In this document: in pieces, positions 1 through 8,565 of the stretch | Layout: each line of letters begins with the position of its first letter | Numbering within the stretch: position 1 is the stretch's first letter | Virus genome (UHGV): UHGV-0040082 | From: a virus | Strand: one strand, 5' to 3' | DNA length: 33,970 nt | Notes under the pieces: model-generated | Told to the model about the DNA's origin: nothing | Databases searched by the model: none | The model's input: only the letters and a program-made list of their open reading frames with translations | Made by a program: the position numbers and the translations under genes

Positions 1-2
1 GC

Positions 3-440
3 TCAGAGGAAGAAATAGGCCCGTTATTGGGTGAATGCAGGTTTACTACTTCGGGTAAGTTGAGACTAAAACCCGGATTGATGCCTACCAGTGACGTTAT
101 CACGCTGGCGCAACACTGTATGTATCACGGTTTAATTGGTGACGGTCCAGAGGAAGACACGGGCGAAAACCATGATGGCGAGTACAAGCCCGCATTCGAC
201 ATCCTTGAATACGTTTACTCCGCCGTTGCTCACCTTGGATTGTCTGAGTCTGAAGCGTGGGGCATGACAATGACCGGATACAGGGCCGCAGTACGCGCTA
301 AAACGCCTCCAGACGAAAGAAACGAGAAACGTAAGCCAAACGTTCAGATAAATAAACGTGATTATGATGAGCAAATGGAGGCCGCTAAGAGGGTGCTGGA
401 ATTTATGAAAAAACGCGAGCAAGAAAAAGCCCGGAATTAA
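3..440 (+). CDS. Hypothetical phage protein, possibly tail assembly chaperone (5' end outside window)
   Basis: Frame is open from position 3 to the TAA at 438-440. Acidic middle, Lys/Arg/Glu-rich C-terminus. Assignment is positional only (upstream of tape measure gene). Confidence 0.35.
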   Translation, partial: SEEEIGPLLGECRFTTSGKLRLKPGLMPTSDVITLAQHCMYHGLIGDGPEEDTGENHDGEYKPAFDILEYVYSAVAHLGLSESEAWGMTMTGYRAAVRAKTPPDERNEKRKPNVQINKRDYDEQMEAAKRVLEFMKKREQEKARN

Positions 441-456
441 CCGGGCCTTTATCTTT
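429..456. terminator. Bidirectional rho-independent terminator
   Basis: Hairpin gcccgg-aattaa-ccgggc (429-446) flanked by an A-run upstream and a T-rich tract downstream; sits between convergent ORFs. Confidence 0.6.
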
Positions 457-757
457 ATTTGTATGCCGCAAATCTGCATCTTGCTTCATCCAGGTCATGA
501 ATATCGTACACGTTATCGTAAATGTAAGTTGCGACCTGTGCTTTCTGTACGTCAGTTGCGTTCGGGAACTCCATGCTTACGAAAGTAACTGCATCAACGT
601 AGTGTTTGAACATCTTTTTGTTAACGCACAGTGCGTAAATCAATACAGCAGGCCAGCAAATCAGCGCACCAAAGAATGCCAGGAGCATATTAAGATGTTT
701 TTTCTGAGCTACAACCATAGTTGCGATAAAGCCGATGAAGCAAATTACCAGTTCCAT
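455..757 (-). CDS. Small membrane protein (two predicted TM helices), moron
   Basis: 100-aa ORF with two hydrophobic stretches near the N-terminus; RBS AAGGGG about 7 nt upstream of ATG; opposite strand to tail genes. Confidence 0.5.
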   Translation of the reverse strand: MELVICFIGFIATMVVAQKKHLNMLLAFFGALICWPAVLIYALCVNKKMFKHYVDAVTFVSMEFPNATDVQKAQVATYIYDNVYDIHDLDEARCRFAAYK

Positions 758-875
758 GATACACCCCTTAATTACGTTTGTCTTCGGTTGTCATTGCCAG
801 CGCCAGTACAGCCATCACATTAAATGCTAACCATGCTGTAATATATACATCTATAACCGTTTTGATTGTTTCCAC

Positions 876-1226
876 TTATGCACCAGCCTTGATCCTGTTA
901 TGGATTGCGAACCCCTTAATTTCGCCGTCATGAATAACTTTGAGTACGTCAGGATCTTTTATTCCGTCAATCATATCTTTGTATTTTTCGTGGATCCTGT
1001 GTTTTTCTACAACCTCTTTATGTAGGAACGGTACTACCGCCTTATAATTGCACGCTGCGTTGTATATGACCTCCATGTACCCCATCCCTTCGCCGTATCT
1101 TATGTCGTATAGTTCTGCAGCAAATGCGCATTCACGTTCCGCTTTTTCAATCTTGTTATCTGCGTTCGCGTTGAATGCTAAACCAACCATTAACGCTACC
1201 ATTGCCGCTTTGATTAACCGTTTCAT
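876..1226 (-). CDS. Secreted/periplasmic protein with signal peptide, moron
   Basis: N-terminus MKRLIKAAMVALMVGLAFNANA-D looks like a Sec signal peptide with an AxA cleavage site; no recognisable domain. Confidence 0.5.
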   Translation of the reverse strand: MKRLIKAAMVALMVGLAFNANADNKIEKAERECAFAAELYDIRYGEGMGYMEVIYNAACNYKAVVPFLHKEVVEKHRIHEKYKDMIDGIKDPDVLKVIHDGEIKGFAIHNRIKAGA

Positions 1227-1238
1227 AATCCACCCCGC

Positions 1239-1325
1239 TCATTTCTTGTTTTTAAGTGCTTTCAGCATTTCTTCGATAAAGTCGGTATAGCGTTCATGCT
1301 CGTTGGGTCGGTAGTAGCCTTTCAT
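1239..1325 (-). CDS. Possible 28-aa small ORF
   Basis: ATG preceded by GAGGA at ~8 nt; TGA stop 13 nt upstream of the next gene start. Too short for confidence. Confidence 0.25.
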   Translation of the reverse strand: MKGYYRPNEHERYTDFIEEMLKALKNKK

Positions 1326-1401
1326 TTTCTTATCCTCTTTTGCTTCCTCCGGTTAATCCGGCCTTTTAAGTCCCTTTACTCTATCCCTTTCCTTTAGCCT
1401 C

Positions 1402-1430
1402 TTTATACAAAATGGAGTCGTTATAGTAAA
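1402..1430 (-). promoter_or_regulatory. Candidate sigma70-type promoter for the minus-strand cassette
   Basis: On - strand: TTTACT, 17-nt spacer, TATAAA. Weak -35. Confidence 0.3.
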
Positions 1431-1482
1431 GACAATTTGTATAAAATAGAGATCTAGATCACACTTTTCATGAGGTTAAATC

Positions 1483-3831
1483 ATGGCAACTAGTTTAGGT
1501 ACAATTTACTACGAAGTTGATGCAAAAACTGGTCAACTTCTCGTTGCTCAACGACAGGCAGACCAGGCTTTTGACAGCATCGAGCGTGGCGCAAAACGCG
1601 CTGACCGCCAGGTGAACACGCTTAAGACTTCAATCAAAGCGCTATCCAGGGTTATCCATTTGCTACTTGCTGCGGAGGCTGTACGCCAGTTTATTGACAT
1701 GGCGGAGCAAGCGAAAATGCTTCGCGTAAAAATCAAAATGCTTACTGGTGATACGGAGGCTGCCGGACGTGTTTTCGATGGCCTGAAAGAAATATCAAAA
1801 GAAACCGGGCAAAGCATGAAGGATACTGGCGAACTGTGGCAAGGCCTTGCTATATCGCTAAAAAACACATCCGCTACTGAAGGCCAATTGCTAAACCTGG
1901 TCGGTACGATTCAGAAAATGGGTGCATTAGGCGGAGCGTCAGCGGAACAGATGTCTAACTCTATGCGCCAGTTCCGCCAGTCTATAGACGGCGGCGTGCT
2001 GCGTGCTGAAGAGTTTAACAGTCTGCTTGAAAACACGCCAACCATCGTACAGACAATGGCTCGCCATATGGGGTTGTCAATGGGCCAGTTCCGCGCCGAA
2101 ATGCTGGACGGCAAGATCACGGCTGAAAGGATGGTTAACGCGATTCAGGCGGCTACACAGGAAACAAACGAGAAGTTCGCACAGTTGCCGCGCACATCCG
2201 GCATGGCCTTCAATGAGCTAAAAGTTGAGGTGATGGGACTTGTCGAACAGCTTGACGATCTTTTCGGCATATCTGACGGCGTTGTGTCAGCAATAGACTT
2301 AATCACTGGCGGCGTTGAGGGATTAGGTAAGGGCGCAAAATTCGCCGCAACATGTTTCAATACACTCAAAACCGCTGGTAGCGAGTTCATCGACATGTTT
2401 GACGATGTTGCTGTTAAGGCTGGCGAGGTTGCTGAAGAGATTATCAGGATGGTAACGCCAATCAAGGCGCTAATGGATGGGTACAAATGGATGAAGGAGA
2501 TCATTGACAAACGCAAGGAAGAGCTAAACAGCAACAACGAGAAGAAATTCGGCCCCACCATTGGCAAATTCATGACATTCAAGAATGACATAGAAAAAGC
2601 CACAGCCGCCTATGACGAGTTCATGCAGAAACAGGGTGAGGCTGACGATGGCAAGATCACCGGATTCGATCAGCCAGTTGGTAAGCCCAAAAAAGGCAAA
2701 AAGGGCAAAAATGACAAGAAATCTGAAGCTGATCGGCTTGGTGATGAAGGCATAAAAGTGTCCGACCAGTACAACAAGGACGCCGCCGCCATGCGTAAAG
2801 CGCTGGAGAACGGCAAGGCCATTGATGCTGCGTTCGCTCAGGGCAAAATAACCCTCCTTGAGTACAAGGCCGCGCAGAAAGGGATAGGCAAGGAGCTGAA
2901 GGACGAATTGGCGCAAATCCCTGTTGATGAGCTACGCGACAAATGGGATCACATAGTCAGCCCGATGGATCAGCTTAAGGGAGAAATTGACCCAATCAAG
3001 CAGGCGCAAAATGAATGGGCCGTTCGAAAACAAATGCTGATAGACCTTGGCGCTACAGAGGCGCAACAGAAACAGGCGCTATTGGAATACGAACAACAGA
3101 TCAGAGATCTGAAATGGGAGCAATGGCAGGCGCAAAGCGAAACAAACGGCCTGATTGGTGCTTGCGTTAGTGGCCTGAAAGGTGGAATGGGCAACGCCCT
3201 TACCGGCCTACTAAACGGTACTCAATCGTTAAGCGAGGTTTTCGCCAACCTGGGAAGTAGCATACTTAACACTGTTGGCAACAAACTATCAGAAATTGCC
3301 GCCAACTGGATAGCAGATCAGTTGATGATGGAAACGCAAAGCAAGGCTACCCAGGCAAGTACAACGGCTGGCGCTGTTGCTGCCCAAGGCGAGATTGCGG
3401 CGGCGGCTATCCCGGCGGCGGCGGCAACGGCTGCGTCAACTGGTGGTAGCTGGGCGGCGGCTGGTGCTGCGGCGCTTTCTGCGATCATGTCACTGGCAAC
3501 GTCAATCTTTGGCGGCGGGCGTTATAATGGTGGCTCTGTTAATGGTGGTAGTCTGTATCGCGTAGGGGAACACGGGATTCCTGAGTTATTCCAGACTAGC
3601 AACGGGCGTCAGTATATGATTCCTGGCGAGAATGGTAGGGTAATTCCTGGTCGCGATCTCTTCAGTGGTGGCGGCATCAACATGCCTGTTAACATCACTG
3701 TCCAGACCACAAACGGATTTAGCGACGAAGACAGTCGCAGACTTGAACAGACGATGGAACGCGTCGCAATGAAAATGATGGCAAGGGAATCGCAACGGCC
3801 CGGAGGGATGTTACAACCTCGCAGGAAATAA
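1483..3831 (+). CDS. Tail tape measure protein
   Basis: 782 aa, largely helical/coiled-coil composition, Ala/Gly-rich hydrophobic segment (AAIPAAAATAASTGGSWAAAGAAALSAIMSLA), located upstream of M-L-K-I-J homologs; RBS GAGGT. Confidence 0.85.
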   Translation: MATSLGTIYYEVDAKTGQLLVAQRQADQAFDSIERGAKRADRQVNTLKTSIKALSRVIHLLLAAEAVRQFIDMAEQAKMLRVKIKMLTGDTEAAGRVFDGLKEISKETGQSMKDTGELWQGLAISLKNTSATEGQLLNLVGTIQKMGALGGASAEQMSNSMRQFRQSIDGGVLRAEEFNSLLENTPTIVQTMARHMGLSMGQFRAEMLDGKITAERMVNAIQAATQETNEKFAQLPRTSGMAFNELKVEVMGLVEQLDDLFGISDGVVSAIDLITGGVEGLGKGAKFAATCFNTLKTAGSEFIDMFDDVAVKAGEVAEEIIRMVTPIKALMDGYKWMKEIIDKRKEELNSNNEKKFGPTIGKFMTFKNDIEKATAAYDEFMQKQGEADDGKITGFDQPVGKPKKGKKGKNDKKSEADRLGDEGIKVSDQYNKDAAAMRKALENGKAIDAAFAQGKITLLEYKAAQKGIGKELKDELAQIPVDELRDKWDHIVSPMDQLKGEIDPIKQAQNEWAVRKQMLIDLGATEAQQKQALLEYEQQIRDLKWEQWQAQSETNGLIGACVSGLKGGMGNALTGLLNGTQSLSEVFANLGSSILNTVGNKLSEIAANWIADQLMMETQSKATQASTTAGAVAAQGEIAAAAIPAAAATAASTGGSWAAAGAAALSAIMSLATSIFGGGRYNGGSVNGGSLYRVGEHGIPELFQTSNGRQYMIPGENGRVIPGRDLFSGGGINMPVNITVQTTNGFSDEDSRRLEQTMERVAMKMMARESQRPGGMLQPRRK

Positions 3832-3835
3832 ACAA

Positions 3836-3866
3836 AACCCCGGTACAATGCCGGGGTTATCTTTCG
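3836..3866. terminator. Rho-independent terminator after tape measure gene
   Basis: Hairpin aaccccgg-tacaatg-ccggggtt followed by a T-rich tract. Confidence 0.55.
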
Positions 3867-3975
3867 TATTTATAACCGACCATTCCGCACGATATATCCT
3901 CTTCCGAAAATTACCTGTCAAATATTCCAGTTCCCCCCGCCTGGTGAATTTATCGTCATCCATATTTCACCTCAT

Positions 3976-4500
3976 TTATGTGCCATGATTAACACCATAA
4001 TATTTTTCTTCTAAAAACATCCTGTAAGCTACTGCATCACCGAAATCGTCAAAGTATTTATTGCTTTTTCTTTTTCCGTTCACAGCTATATACACCCTCC
4101 ACTGCTCCCTAGACTTGCACCACGATACACCACGAAAACCGCTAGTATTGTTTGACTTTATTTTCCCACTCCTTACGAAATCAGCACAGTTATCAACCTG
4201 ATAACCTATGTTAAGGTTTTCTATTCTATCATCACCCCTTACGTCGTTAATGTGCCTTATTACATGCTCATCAGGTATCGGGCCGTGATGCATTACCCAT
4301 ATAACTTGATGTCTATAGTAATTTCTCTTTTTATACGTGAATATGTAGTAACCGTTTTTATTCCTGGCGCCCACCGGACCCGGTTTTCTTCTTCCTCCAT
4401 TTTCACATATTAAAGTTTTCCAATATATGTTCCCTTCACTGTATATAAACAAGTCATTCCAGTTTATGCTATTGACCATGTCGTGATTTATTTGTGACAT
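3976..4500 (-). CDS. HNH homing endonuclease with C-terminal AP2-like DNA-binding domain
   Basis: HNH-type motif (HINDVRGDDRIENLN) followed by an AP2-like segment (GFRGVSW...W.V.I..NGK...); AT-rich relative to flanking tail genes; paralog of the ORF at 22125-22631. Confidence 0.8.
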   Translation of the reverse strand: MSQINHDMVNSINWNDLFIYSEGNIYWKTLICENGGRRKPGPVGARNKNGYYIFTYKKRNYYRHQVIWVMHHGPIPDEHVIRHINDVRGDDRIENLNIGYQVDNCADFVRSGKIKSNNTSGFRGVSWCKSREQWRVYIAVNGKRKSNKYFDDFGDAVAYRMFLEEKYYGVNHGT

Positions 4501-4742
4501 CCCTTAACCCCTGATAATTCATTAAATTTATGGTGCTCAACTATTGCCCACACTTTTAGATCCTTGCTGTACACTCGCCAATCAAGGTTGGCACGGAATG
4601 CGTAGCCGTATCCGTCTTTCAGTTTTTTGGGTGCTACGTCTTTCCTCAAGAACGCGTCCAGAAGTTCTTTTGCTTTTTTGACTACATGATCAGGTGCGTT
4701 TTTCTGTGCTTTCAGATTTTTACCAATCGCTACCAATTTCAT
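4488..4742 (-). CDS. Hypothetical protein (84 aa) upstream of and overlapping the HNH gene
   Basis: ORF overlaps the HNH start by 13 nt, suggesting an operon; no domain recognised. Confidence 0.4.
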   Translation of the reverse strand: MKLVAIGKNLKAQKNAPDHVVKKAKELLDAFLRKDVAPKKLKDGYGYAFRANLDWRVYSKDLKVWAIVEHHKFNELSGVKGCHK

Positions 4743-5085
4743 AACCCACCCCGCAATCCATTAGTTGACCACTTTCAGGAAGAAATCACGGTACTCATTT
4801 TCCTTCGCGTTCATCATGAATTGACCGTATTTGAATGCGTCATCAAAGCCTTTGACTATCGCCACCTCCACCTGTTCGAATGCGTTGTTCAGCATTACCA
4901 CTACATAACGCTTCATGTTGGCCTCCTTTGTCGGTACTGCTTTTTCTTCTTGCTTTCTATATACATCTTGTCACGCCATATGTGAAGCCATTTTGTAAAC
5001 TGGTTATAATTCTTGTGATGAATTTCTCATTTTTCGCGTAGGAGCGCGTAAAGATGTATGCAATATGTAACTTATAGGGGGAATC

Positions 5086-5439
5086 ATGCCGGAAGTTTTC
5101 AGATGGACGCCGCAAAGAAGCTACAGCGTGACCAGGGAACCAAACGTATCTGTCATTAAACTTGGTGATGGGTATGAACAACGCCAGGCGAAAGGGATTA
5201 ACACATTACTTGATAGTTACACCCTGGTTTTTAAAGGCAGTAGTGCAGGATGCGGCGATGGTGGGAATGTAGCAATCCAGGCGGAAGCATTCTTGAGGGC
5301 GCGCGGCGCGGTCGAGGCTTTTTACTGGTCGCCGTCGATGGATAACGTGCAGAGGCTTTTTGTTTGTCGTAGCTGGAGTATGACCAAAGACGGGCCTGTG
5401 TATACGCTAAATGCAACATTTGAGCAAGTTATTAATTAG
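5086..5439 (+). CDS. M: Minor tail protein M (lambda gpM-like)
   Basis: 117 aa; recalled lambda gpM pattern matches (FRW.P...., GDGY.QR, C..WS, FEQV.N at the C-terminus); good RBS. Confidence 0.8.
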   Translation: MPEVFRWTPQRSYSVTREPNVSVIKLGDGYEQRQAKGINTLLDSYTLVFKGSSAGCGDGGNVAIQAEAFLRARGAVEAFYWSPSMDNVQRLFVCRSWSMTKDGPVYTLNATFEQVIN

Positions 5440-5449
5440 GGGAGGGGAT

Positions 5450-5632
5450 ATGCCTTATTTTTGTGTAGTGGAGCGCACTGGCGCTTTTACATTATTCGCC
5501 GACTATGAAATTAATGATCTTACTGTCCGGGCTGATAACGGTGAGACGTGGTATCTTCATGATATGGGTGATGGATATATCGGCTGTACGACTTGGGATG
5601 GCAAAGAAGTAGCATTTCTATCCTACGATTAA
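5450..5632 (+). CDS. Hypothetical small protein (about 60 aa) inserted after gene M
   Basis: Strong RBS GGGGAGGGG before ATG at 5450; followed by the hairpin at 5639-5660. Confidence 0.35.
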   Translation: MPYFCVVERTGAFTLFADYEINDLTVRADNGETWYLHDMGDGYIGCTTWDGKEVAFLSYD

Positions 5633-5660
5633 AAAAAACACCCCGCCACGGCGGGGTTTA
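5631..5660 (-). terminator. Rho-independent terminator (strongest on minus strand; bidirectional)
   Basis: Hairpin ccccgcc-acg-gcggggt; on the - strand it is followed by a run of eight T. Ends the minus-strand three-gene cassette. Confidence 0.7.
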
Positions 5661-5733
5661 TAGTGTCGATAGTAGAATGCATAACAATCCAATGATGATA
5701 ATAATCATTTCTAGAACGTAATGTTCGCACATC

Positions 5734-5982
5734 TCATAACGCACCCTTCAAATATGCCAATCCCTTATCGGTGACGAATGAATGGTTAACCTGGTTTTCA
5801 TCCGTCATGATGATGAATAACTTTTCCTGTAGGTATTTCGCTTTCGGGTACAGCGTTAAACAGACCTGGTACAGTATCCCGCGCTCAATCAGCAAATCAA
5901 TAAATTCGTGTTCATGATAACCGACGAGGCGGGCGGCCTGTTTCAACGTGTACACATAATCGCCGTGATTGCGCCGCCCCAT
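5734..5982 (-). CDS. Hypothetical protein, cassette gene 3 (82 aa, possible HTH)
   Basis: Third ORF of the minus-strand cassette; the segment YTLKQAARLVGYHEHEFIDLLIERGIL is HTH-like. No family recognised. Confidence 0.45.
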   Translation of the reverse strand: MGRRNHGDYVYTLKQAARLVGYHEHEFIDLLIERGILYQVCLTLYPKAKYLQEKLFIIMTDENQVNHSFVTDKGLAYLKGAL

Positions 5983-5991
5983 GTTGCCGCC

Positions 5992-6344
5992 TTATTTATC
6001 GAACGCAGACAAATTGTCGATACAGAAATCTTTTGCCGCTTTTTCGTATTCGCGTTTTGCTTGCGGATTGTCTGCCGGGAAACCTTTTGCGTGTATTTCA
6101 CCAGGGCAAGCCTGATCCATAGAGTCGGCAAATTCAACATTGACGTTAAAGTTAATATCTTTCGGGTTCATCTCTTCCACCTTATCCGGCACTTGCACCG
6201 GAATAACATAATAATCACGAGCACCAGACCAACAGCGGAGCAATTCACAACCTTCATTACGCGCTGATTCGAATGTGTCAAATAGTCCTATGCTTTCCCA
6301 CTCACATTTATCAGTCCACACGTCTAATCTGTATTTTTGCATTT
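5992..6344 (-). CDS. Hypothetical protein, cassette gene 2 (117 aa)
   Basis: Start placed at the internal ATG (MQKYRL) that has an AAGG RBS; no domain recognised. Confidence 0.45.
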
Positions 6345-6355
6345 TTGTTAACCTT

Positions 6356-6541
6356 TCATTTGGCAGGTTCGATCCTGTATCCCAAAACGCGGTCATCTTC
6401 AGTAAGTAAAAGCGCGTCAGTCAGTGCCTCGCCTTCGTCTTTATACAGAGCCACAGTCATTTCCCTGCCGCCTGACAGGAATACCGTCAACCTCCACACC
6501 TTATCATCCATATCACACCTCCGCGCCATTTTGTTAACCAT
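6356..6541 (-). CDS. Hypothetical small protein, cassette gene 1 (about 57-61 aa)
   Basis: First ORF downstream of the minus-strand promoter; short leader and no clear SD, so the start (6541 or 6529) is uncertain. Confidence 0.35.
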   Translation of the reverse strand: MVNKMARRCDMDDKVWRLTVFLSGGREMTVALYKDEGEALTDALLLTEDDRVLGYRIEPAK

Positions 6542-6557
6542 GCTTACTTTTGAGTAC

Positions 6558-6586
6558 AATATACATATTGTAAAAATCGCTATCAA
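6558..6586 (-). promoter_or_regulatory. Near-consensus sigma70-type promoter driving the minus-strand cassette
   Basis: On - strand: TTGATA (6586..6581), 17-nt spacer, TATATT (6563..6558); ATG about 16 nt downstream of the -10. Confidence 0.6.
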
Positions 6587-6639
6587 CCGTTTTGGTATGA
6601 TTTAGCGTGACGGCGATCACAAAATGACAAGGTGAAAAA

Positions 6640-7344
6640 ATGCGCAGCATACCTACAGAAATGATTATTGATTCCGTCGATGCCGGAGTCGGCGCGGTAA
6701 TTGATTTGTTTGAATTAGACCTCACGCCCCTGGGTGGCGAGGTTATCCGCTTCCATTCCGGCGCGAATGGTTATTACGGCCCGGTTATCTGGAAGGGAGT
6801 GACTTACAACAGCTACCCAATCGAGGCTACTGGCTTCGAAATGAAAAACGAAGGTGTTTACTCGCGCCCGCAAATGGTAGTAGCCAACATTGGCGGGCTA
6901 ATCACCGGGATGAACAACGATTTTAACGACCTGCGAGGAATGAAGGTTACGCGCCGCCAGGTGGAAGTAAAATACCTGGACGCTGTTAACTTCCCCAACG
7001 GCAATCCAGATGCAGATCCATCTATTGAGGCTGTATCTTTTTACGTCGTTGAGACGATGAGCGAAGAAACAGCCGACCAGGTGCAATATGAACTGTCAAC
7101 GCCAATTGATGCTGACAAGGCGGTTATCCCCGGGCGCACAATTCTCGCTGACGTTTGCCAGTGGCAATATCGCGGCGACGGTTGCAGATACAGTGGCGGC
7201 CCCGTAGCTACTGACAAAGACGAGCTAACCAGTGATCCGAAGCTGGATAAATGCAGCCACCGCCTAAGCGGTTGCCGTTTGCGTTTTCCGCGCCCTAATC
7301 CGTTACCAATTTCCTGTTTCCCTGGATCCAGCAAGGTGGGTTGA
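6640..7344 (+). CDS. L: Minor tail protein L (lambda gpL-like)
   Basis: 234 aa; recalled lambda gpL features present (ELDLT..GGE, VNF.NGN..ADP, cysteine cluster C.W.YRGD.C.YSG...KC...LSGC); RBS AAGGTGA. Confidence 0.85.
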   Translation: MRSIPTEMIIDSVDAGVGAVIDLFELDLTPLGGEVIRFHSGANGYYGPVIWKGVTYNSYPIEATGFEMKNEGVYSRPQMVVANIGGLITGMNNDFNDLRGMKVTRRQVEVKYLDAVNFPNGNPDADPSIEAVSFYVVETMSEETADQVQYELSTPIDADKAVIPGRTILADVCQWQYRGDGCRYSGGPVATDKDELTSDPKLDKCSHRLSGCRLRFPRPNPLPISCFPGSSKVG

Positions 7345-7346
7345 TT

Positions 7347-8078
7347 ATGGCACTTGAAGATAAAATGATTCGCTATGCAGCGGCCCACCCTGACGAGGAA
7401 GTATGCGGGCTGGTGATAGATAACGATTATTTTTACCCGTGTTTAAACGTGTCTGAAACGCCGCACAACAGCTTTAAAATCTCGCCTGACGATTATATCA
7501 AAGCTGACGAATTAGGCGTTATAACAGCCGTTTTCCACTCACATACTAACGATTCATTGGTATTGTCAGCACGGGATCGACAACAGCAGGTTATTTCCGG
7601 CCTACCGTGGTTTTTATGTTCCGGTGGCAGGGTAAGAAAATTCCGCCCGGTAGCGCACCTGTTAGGCCGTAAATTTGAGCACGGGAAAACAGACTGCTAC
7701 TCGCTTTTTCGTGACGCCTATCACCTTTGCGGCGTGGATCTGCCTGACTTTGAGCGCCGCGATGGGTGGTGGCTGCGTGGGGAAAACCTGTACATAAAAA
7801 ACCTGCCATTGAACGGGTTTTTCATGGTTGACGCGCAAAACATTCAGCCCGGTGATGTGATTATCCGCCAGCCGTTTAAAGGCGCTGACCCATGCCACGC
7901 GATGATTTACCTGGGCGATAACACTGTTTTGCATCATGACAATGCCGGACTGTTAAGCCGCCGCGAGCAAATGCGGCCCGCGTATGTTCGACAGACCAAT
8001 TCAATATGGAGATCTGACAAATGCTCAAATTTAGATTTACGGGCAATCTTCGAAGATATTACGGCAAGGTGTGTTTAA
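7347..8078 (+). CDS. K: Tail assembly protein K (JAMM/Mov34 plus NlpC/P60-like)
   Basis: HSHTN (HxH metal motif) in N-terminal half, Cys/His-containing C-terminal half; position between L and I; ATG at 7347 with GGTGG RBS. Overlaps next gene by about 58 nt. Confidence 0.8.
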   Translation: MALEDKMIRYAAAHPDEEVCGLVIDNDYFYPCLNVSETPHNSFKISPDDYIKADELGVITAVFHSHTNDSLVLSARDRQQQVISGLPWFLCSGGRVRKFRPVAHLLGRKFEHGKTDCYSLFRDAYHLCGVDLPDFERRDGWWLRGENLYIKNLPLNGFFMVDAQNIQPGDVIIRQPFKGADPCHAMIYLGDNTVLHHDNAGLLSRREQMRPAYVRQTNSIWRSDKCSNLDLRAIFEDITARCV

Positions 8079-8551
8079 ACGTTGATACGCCAGCACAAGG
8101 ACTTAGCCTATTGACCGCGCAGGATCAGGAGTTCAAGAAGGCTTTTTTAAATACACCTTTGCGCTTACGAATTGCCGGAAAAGATTATGACGAAAAGACC
8201 GCGCCCGCAGCGGTTAACAGTAAATACCCTGACGGAACAACCATCATTATTGCCCCAGTGGTTGAAGGTGGTATTGCGGGGATTGGTGTTGTGGGTTGGA
8301 TCTTGATTGGTGTTTCAGTGGTTAGCGTTGCGTTCTCGATCTTTATGTCACGCAACATGAAGATAAAAACATCAGCAGAAAGCGCACAAGATAACACCAT
8401 AACGAACAACACCTACACCAGCATTGAAAACAAGGTGGGACAGGGCAGGCCAGTGCCAATCCTGTTGGGTGAAATGAAAATAGGTTCAAACGTCGGATCG
8501 TTAGGCATAGACACAAGCAACAACAAAGACGCCTTAGACGTTGTAAGTTAA
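8021..8551 (+). CDS. I: Tail assembly protein I (lambda gpI-like)
   Basis: 176 aa; hydrophobic Gly/Ile/Val-rich centre and LLGEMKIGS motif resembling lambda gpI (YGEMRVGS); position between K and J. Confidence 0.8.
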   Translation: MLKFRFTGNLRRYYGKVCLNVDTPAQGLSLLTAQDQEFKKAFLNTPLRLRIAGKDYDEKTAPAAVNSKYPDGTTIIIAPVVEGGIAGIGVVGWILIGVSVVSVAFSIFMSRNMKIKTSAESAQDNTITNNTYTSIENKVGQGRPVPILLGEMKIGSNVGSLGIDTSNNKDALDVVS

Positions 8552-8565
8552 CAGGAGAAAAAGCC

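Noticed and set aside
1548-3795. Multiple ORFs (62-152 aa) on the minus strand and in alternate plus frames inside the tape measure gene
   Set aside because: They lie entirely within a long, well-supported coding sequence, lack RBS context, and have low-complexity translations typical of antisense or shadow frames.
4488-4742. Possible RelE/ParE-like toxin fold for the 84-aa protein upstream of the first HNH gene
   Set aside because: Only a vague pattern resemblance (basic N-terminus, hydrophobic C-terminal strand); no conserved catalytic residues identified and no adjacent antitoxin-sized partner, so not called.
4990-5012. TATAAT hexamer at 5005-5010 upstream of gene M as a possible promoter
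   Set aside because: No acceptable -35 at the right spacing and TG placement does not fit an extended -10; left uncalled.
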